Source: Amphiscolops sp. MND2022
Lineage: Eukaryota
Direction of reading: 5' to 3'
NCBI GenBank assembly: GCA_964187785.1
Contig: OZ076409.1
Location: 35,900,001-35,964,000, forward strand
Length of the DNA stretch: 64,000 nucleotides
This document shows positions 11,871 to 26,000 of the stretch, in pieces; within the stretch, counting starts at the first letter, position 1; each line of letters begins with the position of its first letter. The position numbers and the translations under genes were made by a program. The notes under the pieces are model-generated. The model was not told the DNA's origin, searched no databases, and saw nothing but the letters and a program-made list of their open reading frames with translations.

Positions 11871-12835
11871 AACATGGCGGTAGCGGCCCAAGTCGGCAAC
11901 CCGCTCATAATTCAAAAAGAGCAGTGTTTTGGGTATGCGAAGGGACACTGTTGTTAAATATGTTATCAAAATTACAAAAATATCAGAAAGTGGGATACCC
12001 ATAAGACTTGAAAACCTCTTTTACCCTAACTCGAAACATCGAATAACCCAATTTTTAAGATCAAATTTGGAAAAAAATTTTGTGAAAGTCTCAAAAACGC
12101 ACAAGCTGAAAACTTTTCAAAAAGTGAAGGGGTTAGTTACACTTCGACCAAATTGATTTTTTTCCAAAAAACGCGTAGTGCCGAAAACAACGGTGTTTTC
12201 CCCAATATTGAGAAAACAGGACCCAGGGAATTTTTTGTAGGACTAAGAAAAACACTTTAAGCTCGCCAAACGCTTTTTTTCAAACCGAAACATTCATGAG
12301 AGTGAAGGGTGTACTCTTGAGGAAATGAATTGTTTGTCCAAGAAATGTCCCACCTAACTTGAAACATCAAAAACCCAATTTTTGATAAATGTCAATTTTT
12401 TCCCGGAGAAAGTCTTATACTGCAGAAAAACCCTAAAGGAGACTCTAAGTTCGCAAATCGCTCTTTCTAAGCCAGCCAAAATTTTTCAAGAAGTGCCATT
12501 TTACCAAAAAGAACCTCAAAAATCTGAAGGTTTTTCGGTTTTTTTTTCCCAAAAAGTCCTCGAACAGTCGCGTAGTACCGAAAAAACCCACAGTGGAGGG
12601 ACCCTTTGATCCCCACTCTATCTTAACATTTATAAAAAAAACTCTGTTCAGTGCGGGATTCGAATCTACGTCCTCCTGCTTATCAAGCCCGCACTTGCTT
12701 TATAGTCACGCACTTATCCACTACGCCAAGTGGTCGTTTCGGTCTCTAGTTGAAATTTACGAAAGAGGACACTAGAAGGTGGGTTGCCACTGTAAGGGTT
12801 TTGGACTTTTTTGAACTAAAACCGCCGACTAAAAA
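11871..12835 (-). mobile_element. HINE-like element with tRNA-like cassette
   Basis: CGCCGACTAAAAA at ~12823-12835, a degenerate 3' end (AAGTCGGC) at ~11871-11900, and A-box/B-box sequence at 12650-12735. Confidence 0.55.
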
Positions 12836-14023
12836 CAAGGCAGGGTAAAAACCTCTCAACTGTTTGAAAACTTCGCGCAAAGCTTCTTTGATATAGGTTC
12901 CAAAAATATTCAAAATGTTCTTAGAGTATACTTTTTGCAGAAGTGTGTTAGTTTTTTGAATAAAAAATTGCTCGATAGCTTGCAAGTTCGTTCTACTGGC
13001 GGTTCCATATATTAGAATACCATATTATGGTGAAGCGTTTACAAAGGAATTGTAAAACGGTAGACATCTCTGAGGATACATGTATCTAACCTTGTACATT
13101 AAACCACAGAACTTTAGTTTTTTGTTAGGTGTGAAATGTGATTTCTGAAATTTAGATCTTATCTATGTAAACACCGAGGTATTTACAGGAGCTAAATTCG
13201 TTCCAAATTTGCTACCAAATGTGGTTTTTGACAAGGGCTTGGTATTTACGAATGTGTTACATCATTGATCAATTGTTAAGTTGTATGAAGTTTGGTTCAT
13301 TTTTTTCATGTTCAATCTTGCCGCTGTTCGAAATTAAATTCTTGGCATTTGATTTTCGTCTAAAATTGTTACTGTAATCAGAGTAAAATTTCAAAATGTC
13401 TTCTAGAATTCACGGATGTTTTGTTGCAAAAAACATCTTTGAAGATCATTTTGTGAATTCGGTTGAAATGAAACAAGTTACGCTTGGGATTATTTTTTAC
13501 ATGCTTTGACTGTTGTTACTTGAAAGTGGACTAAAGCCCTTCACTTGCTATTTGAACACTTTCGAAATGGCTCTATTCAATAAAGAATGCACGAAATTGT
13601 GAAAGTGGCTATTTATAATCTGTCTACATTACCATCGTACAGAGCATTGTTGAATGGTTTTGTGCAGTTTGATTTTTACGCCTCTTGACAACGCGCAATT
13701 TGAACAAGACTGTCCGAGTGCTTTTAGAGCTGCTTTTATTGCGTCTGTTTTTCTCTTTGCCGTACAGGTGCGGTATCAAGTCATTGTCACTGAAGTCCAA
13801 GTCATGCTTGTTGGCGGTGTACTCGACAAAAGCAAAAAAATATATATTTTATCGAACCATATACTGCAATCACTGCACGTTCTGTGCTTGATTGTATTCG
13901 AGAACGCAAGTTATATTAGAAAATACAGATTTACAGTATATCAAACATCGAATGCACCGAACCGTGGGTGTCGTGATCAACTAGGTGCCTACCGTAAACT
14001 TTTAATTGCAAAGTTGTCTTGCA

Positions 14024-17000
14024 ATGGCTGCCGTTAATCAATCGGACACTACTGGGGCACAAGCTCGTATGAGTATCGCTTTCTCGGATGAAGGAATTGA
14101 CGAGTTCGATTTGCAGCGTCTTCGGGCTGCTTCTCAAAAGGCAGATCCCGACTCAGACGAGGACGAGGAAAGTGAAAATGATGTGGAAGAAGATGATTTC
14201 TCAATGCTTAGAATGCTCTATCAGCTCCCCATGGATAACGATGAGCTATGTAAGCTGTCTTGAGTATTCTTGACCTTCACAAAAGTTTTAGGCCTTTGCT
14301 GAATTGAGTTTGGCGTACTTTTGAGTTATTGTGTTGGTTTTTAGTGGGCGTTTTTTGTTAGAAAAAGTGACCAATTCTCATTTCGGCTTTTTGCCTGATG
14401 ACAGACCTTATACTGAATGGTTTTCACAGACTTTTAAAAACTAACTTCGACCTAATATCAAGGAAACATCCAAAGGACCTTTTTGTTACCAGATAATTTC
14501 AACTTTTTTAGGGAACTAGAAAAGACCAAAGAGTCCCTTGCCTCTTCGACTTTGAGACAAAAACAGTTTCTTAGCGAGTTTGTAGCACTGCGTTTTTTGA
14601 GCTGGCTTGGGCTGTTCGTAGCTTGTTTTCTGAAACGACATTTTCTGACTTGGAAGTAACATCCCAAATTGAACCAATGCGTTACTGAGGCAACGTTGAC
14701 GCTTTAATACATGAAGGAACTTTTCAAGTGAAGTAGTTTCATCTTAACATTTTTCGGATTTTAGTGCGAAGTAACTGATATCCCGAAAGGGTTGGTAATC
14801 GTAACCAAAAAACTCGTGGAACGTGAATGTTGGAATGAAATGTTATAAAGAATTTTGGCAAAGAGTTTTTGAAATTGATTCATGGGAAACTATTTTTGAA
14901 TCCATATTTTCTGGGCTAATACTAATTGCATTTCATCGACATGTTCCTGGTAAGATGTGAAAAATAAGCTCCCCTGGAGTGCACTCTAGCTTTAAATGCC
15001 TTCGATCAAAAAGATTCAATAGAAACAGGCTGAAACATCTCTCAACAGGCTGAAAACTTGTTTCTGTTGCAGCTTTCAAAATGTCCATCTTCGTGAGTTA
15101 CCTGAAGGAGCACAAAATAGATGCAGTGCTCTCTCGTGTCATCAAAGATCTGTTGTCTCAAAATCAGCTGCCCTACAACCCACATGCTGGCTTCCATCGG
15201 GCTTTGAAAGTAGAAAACCAGAGCTTCTATCTGAACAAAATTACCCAAGATGCTGTGACGAAGGCACTGAACATGCCCACGTACTTGACAGACATCTCAT
15301 ACTTAGCTGGAATCCGCAAGTTCACCAATGTGTGGGGCCTCGCTAGTCTTATCAAGGTCTGTTTATCTGCGTTCTCACAAAACTTACATTTGTTTTAATG
15401 GAAAGAAATGTGCCTTGAACAAGACCTCTGTGTGATTCTACATCAATGTACACTTAGCAATAGAAAATTTGCATGAAAATCCTCGAAAAAATCCGAGTTT
15501 TGTATCACTTAGACATCAAGTTGAAGTACCAAGAGAAGGAGTACTAGGAAGGTATACAAGATTTGCTTAAGCATTACGAAATATTTTTAAAGTCCGGAAT
15601 TTCATACCGGTGTTTATTAAGTAATTCAGTCTAAAAGTTGTTGCGACGTGTCATTGAGCTGAAAAACTGCAGATGATTGATTGTGGCTTGCATTTATGAA
15701 AGGGTCACTTTTAGACGATGAGTCCGCGGCATCTGAAAGAATTCGAATGGCTGTTGAATAGCGTGACCCCTGACAAAACCACGCTGGTGTACCACAAGGG
15801 CTTCTCTGCCCAAACTGTGTTGTCTGTGGTTGGCCCTGCCTCCTTCTACGGCAGCTTCTACCCAGAAATACACACTATCAGCTTCAGAGTTCATTACGTA
15901 ATCATGGGCAATCAAGACCGCGATTTGGCTCTCAACGTTTTTGCCGAGTCAGTCTTGAATGACGTGTTCTTTGCAATGAATCAAAATGATCATTTGTTTT
16001 TGGGTGAGTTTTTCAACTATCATCAACCGATTTTGTTTTGAAACATGATCATATATTTAGACAAATCCTTTTCCTTTCTCCAGGACTCTACATTGAGAAC
16101 GATGATTGTGGTGGGTACAAGAATTTTGAAACGGACCGGTATTTCACACCTGAATTCATATTGCGCAATGAACAGCTGATTTATGACGAGCTGGCAAACG
16201 CCGCCAAGTAATTATTTCGCTTTTTCCACTATTTTTCCACTAAAAAACTTCCACTATTTTTCAGTTCAAAATGTGTCTAATACTATACTATATTATACTA
16301 TAAGGGTTGTTACAAACTTTATCATGAAATATTCGGAATAGTGCTCAAAAGTATGAACTTCATTGGCCGTTGTAACTCAGTACCTCAGCGTAAAAAAAGT
16401 ACGATAAAATGAAAATTTAGATTAAATTCGGTCATTCACATCTGATGACAGGGGAGTTCATTTTCTAATTTTAGAGAGAAATTCCAAAAAAATAATCAGA
16501 CAACCTAAATCATACAAACCGTCTTGAGTTTGATGAACGAATAGTGTGCGAATGAATAATTCGTGCTTGTTTGTGAAATACCGTACTCAATCGAATAAAA
16601 GCCGCGGCTTTTTCTTTTGAACGCTGCAAAAATGGCTTTTAATTTTCTTTTTGTGAATTTCGCTAACCACAAAAAAATGTGAAGACCCGAAGTAAGATTT
16701 CTCTTATAATTTGTTTCCACTCTGTGAGAGAAAGCTTTGGACTACTTTGAGCCTTAGGCGGGCGCCGATCTAAGCCGTTCCCGGCTTGTTACACTTGCGA
16801 TAAGCAAGTGTTATGGGAAAGTGCGGGCGCCTTTTTTCCGGGCATATTCCGAAATTGAAAAATTTGAGGACTGAACAACACAGACGCCTACGGTGTGATC
16901 GGCAACACCAACATGGTTACTTCTTCCGAAAACTTGATTGCATGAATTAGTGAACAATCAGCTTCCGGTTTGCTTCCGTTGAGAAGAGGATTTTCAAGTT

Positions 17001-20000
17001 TTTTCCGAACATGGCCTAATACATTCACCCCTAATACAGCAGCTGAACATTCAAGTAACCAAAAGTTGTCAATTTCAATGATCCAAGGTTGTTGAGAAAT
17101 AAAACAAATTTCTTTGCCAAACGATGCTTGTTGAGTTTTTTTATTGAATTGGAATAATTCAAGCCTGGTTAATTCATGAAAAATTCACGGAATATTAAGT
17201 AAGTGAATTATTCGATGATTAAATTCAATAAAATTCCAAAGCCTCACCATATACCAAGTTTCGCATCATTTAGCTTGTCTCTGTGGAGTGGAAAAAATTT
17301 CTCCCTTGTGGTGAGACGATAACCAATTTTGACCAACCAGTTCAATAAAAAATTCCAGGCATCATTTGGCTTCAGAAATTGTCATTGTTTAATACTCTTT
17401 GCACTGAGATGCAGAGTTAAAATGGCAACTATGTTAAAATCATACTTTCCACTTTTATTCCGAATAATTCGTATTATTCAAATGATTCAATTTTTTTAGA
17501 TATAATTCGAACATTTAACATCCCTGCATTGATCAAAAATCTACTTGAACTTCAGAAAAATTGAAGCAAACTGGTTGGAAAAATTGTAGATGGGGGAACA
17601 CTGATATTGAAAAGAAAATGTTTCAGAGGGGCACAAAAAGTTAGTGCAGAGATGATGTTTTTAATTGACCCCGACTTGCAGACATACAAACGTGGTCAGA
17701 AGCAATACGAGTGTTACTTCATCGACATATCCATTGACAACCAGGATGACCCCGAAGAGATATTCTCTTTTGCTGAATATTTCATGGCTTCTGTTTACGA
17801 GGGCTGTTTCCTGCGCAAACACGAAGCAGAGGCCTATTTGGGTCTTTTTTGTGCCCGTCAGCTTCTCGGTACACTGAATTTTGATTTGTTCACTTTTCAA
17901 TTAGATCAAACTTTCCACTGAAGAAATTATTCATCAAAATATTTGGCCAAGACAACATATATATTAGGAAATCGACGATTTCTTTGAAGTTTTGAATGAG
18001 TTACATAAGTTGTCGAATGAAAAAATTTCTGTTGATTTTATTTTCAAAAAGCTAGAATTGCTCAATTTTTAGTCAATTACGATCGTCCACCTAAAGATAT
18101 GCAGGCGAATCTGCGCTCTGACTTTGTTTCCAACAAACGATTGCCTTTCAAGCCCGCTCTGGAACTGCAGCGCCAAGATTCCAGTGAGCAACGAATTCGC
18201 AAACCAAGAGCTGAAGTGGATGAACCCGTAGATAGAATTGAACAGTTGCGAATAAACAGAGAGCTCGAAGCTGAACTTGGCATCAAGTCGAGAATTCTGC
18301 AGGGTAAAAATACCGGCAACAAAGTGGACCCTAGACGTGCGATGCCGAACGATACTTCCAATAGCAGATTTCTCTCGAACTATGTGGAGATGGGGAGACC
18401 TGCAAGTCCCGTGTGGAATCATGGCATTGCATACCCTGAAAATAGACAGAAACCCGTTGTGAATGGTACCAGAGGTGTTCGTGTCAAGTCTGAAGACCAA
18501 GACGAGGATATAAGGTAGTTGTCAATCTTACATTTGTATGTACTGCCAGTACATTTCTGCCATGTCTGCCAGTGGTATTTGTTTGTCAATTCAGGATGAC
18601 CGAGATCTGTTCTTGTTTGTCAAATATTCTTGAAATTCTTGTTCAATAGCTCCGTGAAATATATAAAAATATACCCAAGCATTTGAGGTTTTAAAGCTGG
18701 AGTACTTATTTTTGCTTTCAGGTTTCGAAGATGTTATCCATATGAAAGTTCTGATGCTTCAATTTGCCGGAAGTGCATTCTTACCGTTCATGCGCTCCTG
18801 GACTAATCGTCAGCAACCAAACTCTACGTTAAGCGCATTGTTTTGAAAAAAAAATCAGGAACGGACTAACCGTTTTTGTTGGTTTTTATTTCACGAAGTC
18901 ATTCTATAAATTAGCTTGAGGCCGATTTCTTAATCACTGTACTGCAGTGTCCTATTCGTTAGGATCGTTACACCGAAATTTAACTCATTTCTAGATTCTA
19001 AAAAGCGAAAATGTTTGATTTCGTATAGTTTGATTTCTTGCACCTTTAAGAGCCAACATTACAGTACATAGACAAGCTTGTTTTCTACAGACACAATTTT
19101 GTGCCTGTAACCCCTTAGATTCCACAGAAATATCTTTAAGCGTGCGAAATTGATTGAATTCCATTAGTTTTGTGGAAACCGAGACACCGTCAACGCAATT
19201 CTGCGGAATCCCATAACATATAAATGAAACATTAAGCATGTGTCCCCGGATTCCACAAAAAATTTATTAACCAATCAATTTGCTTTAAATTTTGGTGTCT
19301 TAGAATCCACGAAAATTTAACGTTCCCTTTCTCAGAATCTGTATCTCAGGTTTCACAACTTGATATCAGAATCCGCAGAAGTGTCGGCTTCTTGCCTTTT
19401 ATCTCTGAATCAAACTAATTTACTTTATTGTATTAAATTGAATTAAATTTGTTGTTCCAGGCCTGACTCCCGTGCAATCAAGGCTCCTTTGAGAACTCAC
19501 TTCGAACGGAACATTTGCCAACTGGATAACAGAAACAACCAGTTCTTCGAGATGTTGCATAAACTGATTCTACTTAATCTCATGGACAAATACACGTCCA
19601 CCACAGAACTGTTGTCCTCCATTTATCGTGTGCTTCATGGCTTCGGCTGGAAGATAATGTGTAACATGATGCAAAACGTGGCTCTGCAGGAAATTGTCTT
19701 TGCCTTCCACAAGACGCGAGTTTCTGTTGATATTCTAAATGTGGAGTTCCAAAGATACCGAGAGAACCTCAACTTTCTTTTGGGCTCCGAGTTGCAAGAA
19801 AAATCCAGTGATTATGAAAGTCTACTCTTGAAGTACGTTGCCTATCAATCTTTTGCTTGGTTTTAGTTTTGATTCAAAGATGTTTGGAAAAAATAAATAC
19901 ACATGTTAGTCGGCTCCTTGTGAAAATTGACCAAAAAAAGTAAAGACTACATTTTTAATATTTCTGCTTTAGCAGGAATGTTATTGAAATCTCAAAATGT

Positions 20001-23000
20001 CTACTTTTTTCGGTACAATTCTTGGCACGATACTGAATAATTCAGATATTTTGTTCGGGACGCGCGCAGCAAGCCGACACGCCATCAAACCGACAATGGA
20101 AAACTGAGTCAAGGAGCCGACACGAATGATCTGATTGGTCCAAAAGTGTTCATTCCAAGTTTGAAGTCAAACTTGAATGAATTGCGCAGTTGTTTTCACT
20201 AGCTATTATATCTACTGTCGGATTGTTGACGCGTCGATTTGATGGCGTGTCGGCCTGCTGCACCACCTCCATTTTGTTCGGCAGTGACTATAAGCGTGAG
20301 AATTAAATTTCTCAAGCTGCCGACGACAATTCAATTCTCGTGCGATGAAACGAGCGATTGGTAATTATGCATTCGTACGCTGACGTCATTGAGATGAAGC
20401 GAGCGAATGTTCGTAAATGTGCTTTCGTTGCGCCGAGTTATTGAGATGAAGCGAATGTGAGTGTTAATTATACTTTCGCGGAGAGCTTCGCCTGCATTCA
20501 AATATATGTTTGCTTTAGTCCGAGATTTACTACTATTACTATTAAAAGACTGAATTGATTCTAGAAAGAAATACTTGATATTTACATGTACATATTTTTT
20601 CAACAACAGATTTAAAAGCGGTATAAACTGGTACAGTGCTTAATTGTGCGCTAAATAATGATTAAACAGGAGTGTATTGGTATTCCAGATATGATTCTAT
20701 TATTAATGAAAGATTAAAGCAGAAATAGTGGTGTGCCCCGGAGGGGCCTATTTTTCACATTTCGAACTATAGAGCATTCAAATCGGCCGAAGGGCCCCCT
20801 GTCAATGTTTCATTTTATTTGATCTACAACGGTATATGAGACTAAAGGGTCCATCTTTGGAATTTTTCGGCACTGCTACTTCGTATTTTCCCCTCCGAAG
20901 TTTCCCTCGTTTAGTTTTTGTGATGTTTACTTTTTTTGGAAATTTTTGGCAATGTGCGATTTTTCAGATTTTTCAAAACCCACACCGGAGCATTTCTAAT
21001 AGACTGCTCTTTTGCGCGGAGCCGACTTCTTCCGATAAACACCACCTTATTAAGAGGTGAACTTATTTTGTTTTCTGCCCTTCATTTTTGGGTCATAGAA
21101 ATTGTTGAAGTACGCTAGTACAGACCGGGTGACCCTGAAGGCTACTGAGAGATCATTTTTAGTACCATTAATCAGTTGGTTTCTTTTTCGAGCCCTGTGG
21201 TTGAAATGAGCTTTTTCTCAGAAACGAATTGGCAATGGATTCGCCTTGTGATAACGTGAAGGCTCCAAGATTCGATGCTGAAAACCAAACGAAAAGCAAC
21301 TATTGACCTATTCACATCACAAACGGAGGTTCTGTAAATCATTCTTTGATTGTGCTTCTTGTAATTTTTACCAGGTGTAACTATTTGCTGGATCAAATTC
21401 ATGCAAAACAAGACCCACCGATGCCCTTGAACGACGTAGTGCCTCTCAGCATTTCCACTATCGACACCTTGAGACGTATAAACAGCATGATCGAGGCACA
21501 ACTTATCTGGAGCATGGAAAACATCCAAAATGACCAATTCCCCCTCATCATGGAAACCGTGGCTCGCTTGAGAGAGAAGTATCCAACAGATTACGTCATC
21601 CCAACAACTCCCAGAATAAGACGTGAAAAGGGTCAAAGGCAGGGTTTTGACATTTTGACAATCATGATTATAATACAAAATATCAATAAACCACTGAAAA
21701 TATTCCAAATTGTGCCTGGCTACGTTAGATGACAATAGTTTCAGATTTTCTAAAGCAAAAACAACTTATTTGAAGAAAACTCGTTTATTTTTGCTTCGTT
21801 GGAGAGAGATCTTGAGATCCATTTTGAATGAGGTCAAAATTCTTACGAAAGGTTGCAACCGAAAACCAAGTGGAAACCTCCTAGTCAAGAGAAAGCTGAC
21901 GTGTTCATTCATGGAATTGAGTACAAGTTCATCATTGACCAAGACGAGTTGTTTGTTGTGTTGCAAAACGCTCTCTCAAAACACTCAGCCCCAGAATCTA
22001 TCAAGGTCGACGTCATTCTCATGCAGTATCTGGTCGACACTCGGGTGGACGAAATTTGGAAGGATTACATCATAGAGTTAGGTTGGTATTCCACTTTCAA
22101 AATTTTGTTCTTCCAGACTTTTGTTGAGCGCCCGGTTTAAAAATTCGCTTTTTCAATGGCTCAAATCGGTGTTTTCTGGATGAAAAAAAAACAAAAGGGA
22201 CTAAAAACCTTCTCTTTTCAATTTAACTTCAAGTGGCAGTTTAGGATCCAAATACGAACCTTGTTCACACTATTTCTACCTATGAAGTTACTCATTTTTG
22301 ATTGGGAAATCAACAGCTTTCTATTAATTCAAGACAAATAATCACAACCAAAGTGTGTGAAAAAATGTTTTGTTCAAATGAAAAACTATTTCAATAGAAA
22401 TTAACTTCCTGCTTTGAAAAAGAATGGCTAGACTCGAGTCTTCGGTTGCTTTCGGAAACACGAAGAAATTCAATTATTCGTTAGCGAAACGGATTCCTAA
22501 ATTGTGCAAAACTTATCCAGAAATGGTGTCTTACCTGACAATTCAACAATAAAATCCTAGTCTCTATCAGAATAATCGATATCGTCATAATATTTTCAAA
22601 AGCTTCATATTAGGTAATCCAGAGTTGGTAGACTTCGTCTTCGATGTCCGGAAATGATCGTTTCAGAACATCGAACACGAATTCTTTTTTAATTCTGTTA
22701 GGGGATGATGGACAAAACGAGACCATTGGAATCTCTCATAGCCCCTGGTGTAAAAAATATCCCGCGTTACTGTTCCAATGAGCTCTTATATATGGTCCCC
22801 GTGATCATCGTGGGCTTTCGGGCCAGTAAAGGGCATCAGGTGTGCGGAAGCTGTTATGATAGTGGTTATCAGTGGTCACGAGTTCCGATTTTTTTTCAAC
22901 TTTTTCGAACTGGTTTCAGTCATTTTTCGTCTACCCTGCCAATGGCGACTCCTCCCACATGAAGGTATTTCACGGGATGAAAACCTTTCATCAAAAAAAA

Positions 23001-26000
23001 GGTTTCAACTAGACTTGGATGCTATTTTTAGTCGGCGCTTTCCTAGTGAAACGTGCCCGACTCTTACAGTGGCTAGTTTTTAGTCGGCGCCTTTTCCCTT
23101 AAGGAAAAAAGCCCGACTCTTACAGTGAGTAGTTTTTTTTTTTTTTTTTTTTTGTTTTTTTCAGTTGACAATCTCACTCTGAGTGGTCCACTTTTCTTAC
23201 AATTCTGCAATTCTGCGCAGAAGGCAAACTTTACTCCAAAGGTTTTCAAGGAAACATACACAACCGGACGTGCCCAAAGGGTCCCCCCTTTGGATTTTTT
23301 TCGGCATTTTGCGACTTAAAAAATACTTTTTTTTTCGAAAAAAATTTCAAAAATAATTTTTTTGAAAATTTTTTTTTCCAAATTTTTACAATAGTTGTTC
23401 CTTGAATATTTTTGAGCCTAAGATATGGCGCCGACTTGGGACGTTCCCGTCTTGTTTTTTCTTTTTTTCGTCAGACTACAATCTCACTCTGATTGGGCCA
23501 CTTTTCTTGCAATCCAAACTACTACCATAAGGCCAAGTCCGGTCAGCGGAAATTAGTGCAAAAGGGTCCCCTTTCATTTTTTTACTTTTTTAACGTAATC
23601 TACAAAACCGGACGAGACTAAAGGGTCCCCCCTTTCGAGTTTTTTGATATTTTGCAACAGAATATATGTTAGTAAAGCCCAAAGGATCCCCCTTTTACAT
23701 TTTTCGGCACTATGCGACATTTTCTGAAAGAAAAAAAATCAAAAACTTCAAGTTTTTTTTTTCAAAAAAAGTCTTTTGCGCTTTTTGAGCCTTAGATATA
23801 GCGCCGACTTTAGACGTTCCCGTCTTGTTCTCATTGACAAAATTGCGCATATATTGAATTTTTTGTTGTCTACAAAAAGTTATATCCACTCGTGTTTTTC
23901 TCACTTCATCTACTTGAGTATTCACTAGTCCTTAACAACGTCGCCAGTAAGGGTGTCTCACAGGAGCAGTTACTGTCGCTTCTAGATTCGGCCGCTTATC
24001 TTTTTTATTCTGTAAGAACTCCGCTTTCTTTTTTTCTCGCTAGTCTGCAATGCAAAAAACTAGGACCATTCAAGAAAAAATTTTTTTTCTCAAAAAATTA
24101 ATATTAGACACAACTCATTTCTATTGCGTGGAATAAGGCTTCCGGCAAGCGGGCGTTCGCCTTTGGAAGTCTTTTCTATTGAATTTCTGTCATGTGTTTT
24201 TAGTTGGCGCATTTTTGTAGAAAATGTGCCCGACTATTACAGTGGGTAGTTTTTTTAGACACGAAAGGTCCACTTTTTTGTTCATTTGTTCAACAACCTC
24301 AAACCTCAACAACTTCAAACCTCAACAACTCCAACCTCAGAAGCGCGTCCAAAACGAAAAGAAAAAACAAAACAGACGTCCACAACCTCGAAAACACTAA
24401 AGATCCCATCTTAGCCCCACTTTTTTTCGGCACAATGCGACTTTTGAAGTTTTTTGGATTGCACCAGAAGGTCCCCCCTTCATTTGTTTCGATATTTTGC
24501 AACACAATGGATGTCAAAAAATCGCAAAGAGTCCCCCCTTTTACATTTTCCGGCGCTGTGACACTGTTCAAAAATCTCATTAAAAATTTTTTTTGGGAAA
24601 TTTTTTCATGTCTCCAAAGGGTCCCCCTTCAATTTTTTAAAATTTTTTGCAACCAGCTGGAGTTTCACAGAGCCCGAAGGGTCCCCCTTTTAAATTTTGA
24701 GCCTTAGATATGGCGCCGACTTTGGCCGTTCTCGGCTTGTTTTTAATTGAAATTGTTCTTTATTCTTCAACAGATAAATTAAATTATTATCATTATTTCT
24801 AATCACGCCAGTTTGCCACAATTTTCCATTGAAAAAATTTGATAGTGGGTAGAAAAGAGCCCTTGAATCTTTACTAGGGCATCGTAAAGCAGTTCAGATT
24901 GGATGGAGACTTGAAATATTATTCGCTGAAGTTCGCTTCAGCTAAAAATTCGAAAATAGCTTTTCTAGAGCATACCTTCCTTTCCGGTTAATCCGGATCA
25001 GATGCAACGATATACATGAAGTCCAACACAATTTGCATGTTTCAATTCTAAATTGTAGATTATATTTGAACCTTTCCTGCAAAAGTTGTTGATTTTCTGT
25101 TAATAGCTTGTACTTCGCATTTAATTTTTCATCTATTTTTCAAGATGTAAGATGAAATGACAGTTACTTGGGTAGGAAGTGAACTAATTTCTGAGCTTTC
25201 CAATAAATGCGAGCATAGTCTGGAGATGAGAACTATTTTTTTCAGGCTGTGCACCGTCTTTACCCCCCAACCCATGGCCCAGACTAATCACTGCTTTCCG
25301 AGAAGCTGCTCTCAAGATGGAACTGTTCTTTGAGTATGAAGAGGATTTGTGCAAACGGGTCATTGATATCCATGCCGGAAAAATTGTCGATCGCGAGAAC
25401 TTTGTCTACAACTTGCCATCAACCAAAATTTATTCACACAAGATGATTCTTCCCATCATTAGCTTGCAGCATGCACAAGTTAGTCAAGCTCTTTCAATTT
25501 TTATGGCCTCTTGATACATGAATTTTGAAAATGATTTCTTGTCGAGCTTTTCAGTTTCCTTTTTTTTGCAAAAGTCAAGTTTTGAATATGGCTAATTCAA
25601 TATACAAATGTGGCACTTTTATTATCATATTTATATTGATTGGATTATTTTCCGTTCGAATTCAGACAAGATATCATCTTGTTCGTTTGAAAAAGAACTT
25701 GAAAGAATACAACTTTTTTAGCAAAAAAAAGAAAAAGGCTCTTTCAATTTTTCATTTCGTTTGCAACCATGGCTCCTGCTTCAGAGAGAATAAATCCAGT
25801 TGGCAACAAAAAGCGATGTAAAAATAGCTATATTGAAAGCAGTCTCTTTAGAAAATGGTTTTTGTACTGAGTTGTTCACGTCGAATATAAATCGCAACAA
25901 ACAAGAGACAAGCAGAAGAGTTTTGGTTGTTCCATGATGTTTGTTTTGTTGCAGAAAATGATCGACTATGCACAGATGTTCGACAACAAACAATTTCCGC

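Noticed and set aside
13654..14037. 127-aa ORF upstream of the large gene
   Set aside because: No homology cues; more likely 5' UTR or promoter, with an acceptor-like site at ~13767.
21172..21735. 187-aa minus-strand ORF
   Set aside because: Antisense to exon 8 of the large gene; no motif.
23270..24690. CRISPR-like array from recurring AAGGGTCCCCC motifs
   Set aside because: Eukaryotic context, irregular spacing, related rather than unique spacers, and no cas genes; these are HINE internal repeats.
24204..24707. 167-aa ORF (and the similar 56668-57177 ORF)
   Set aside because: Chance ORFs overlapping HINE repeats, low-complexity F/K-rich.
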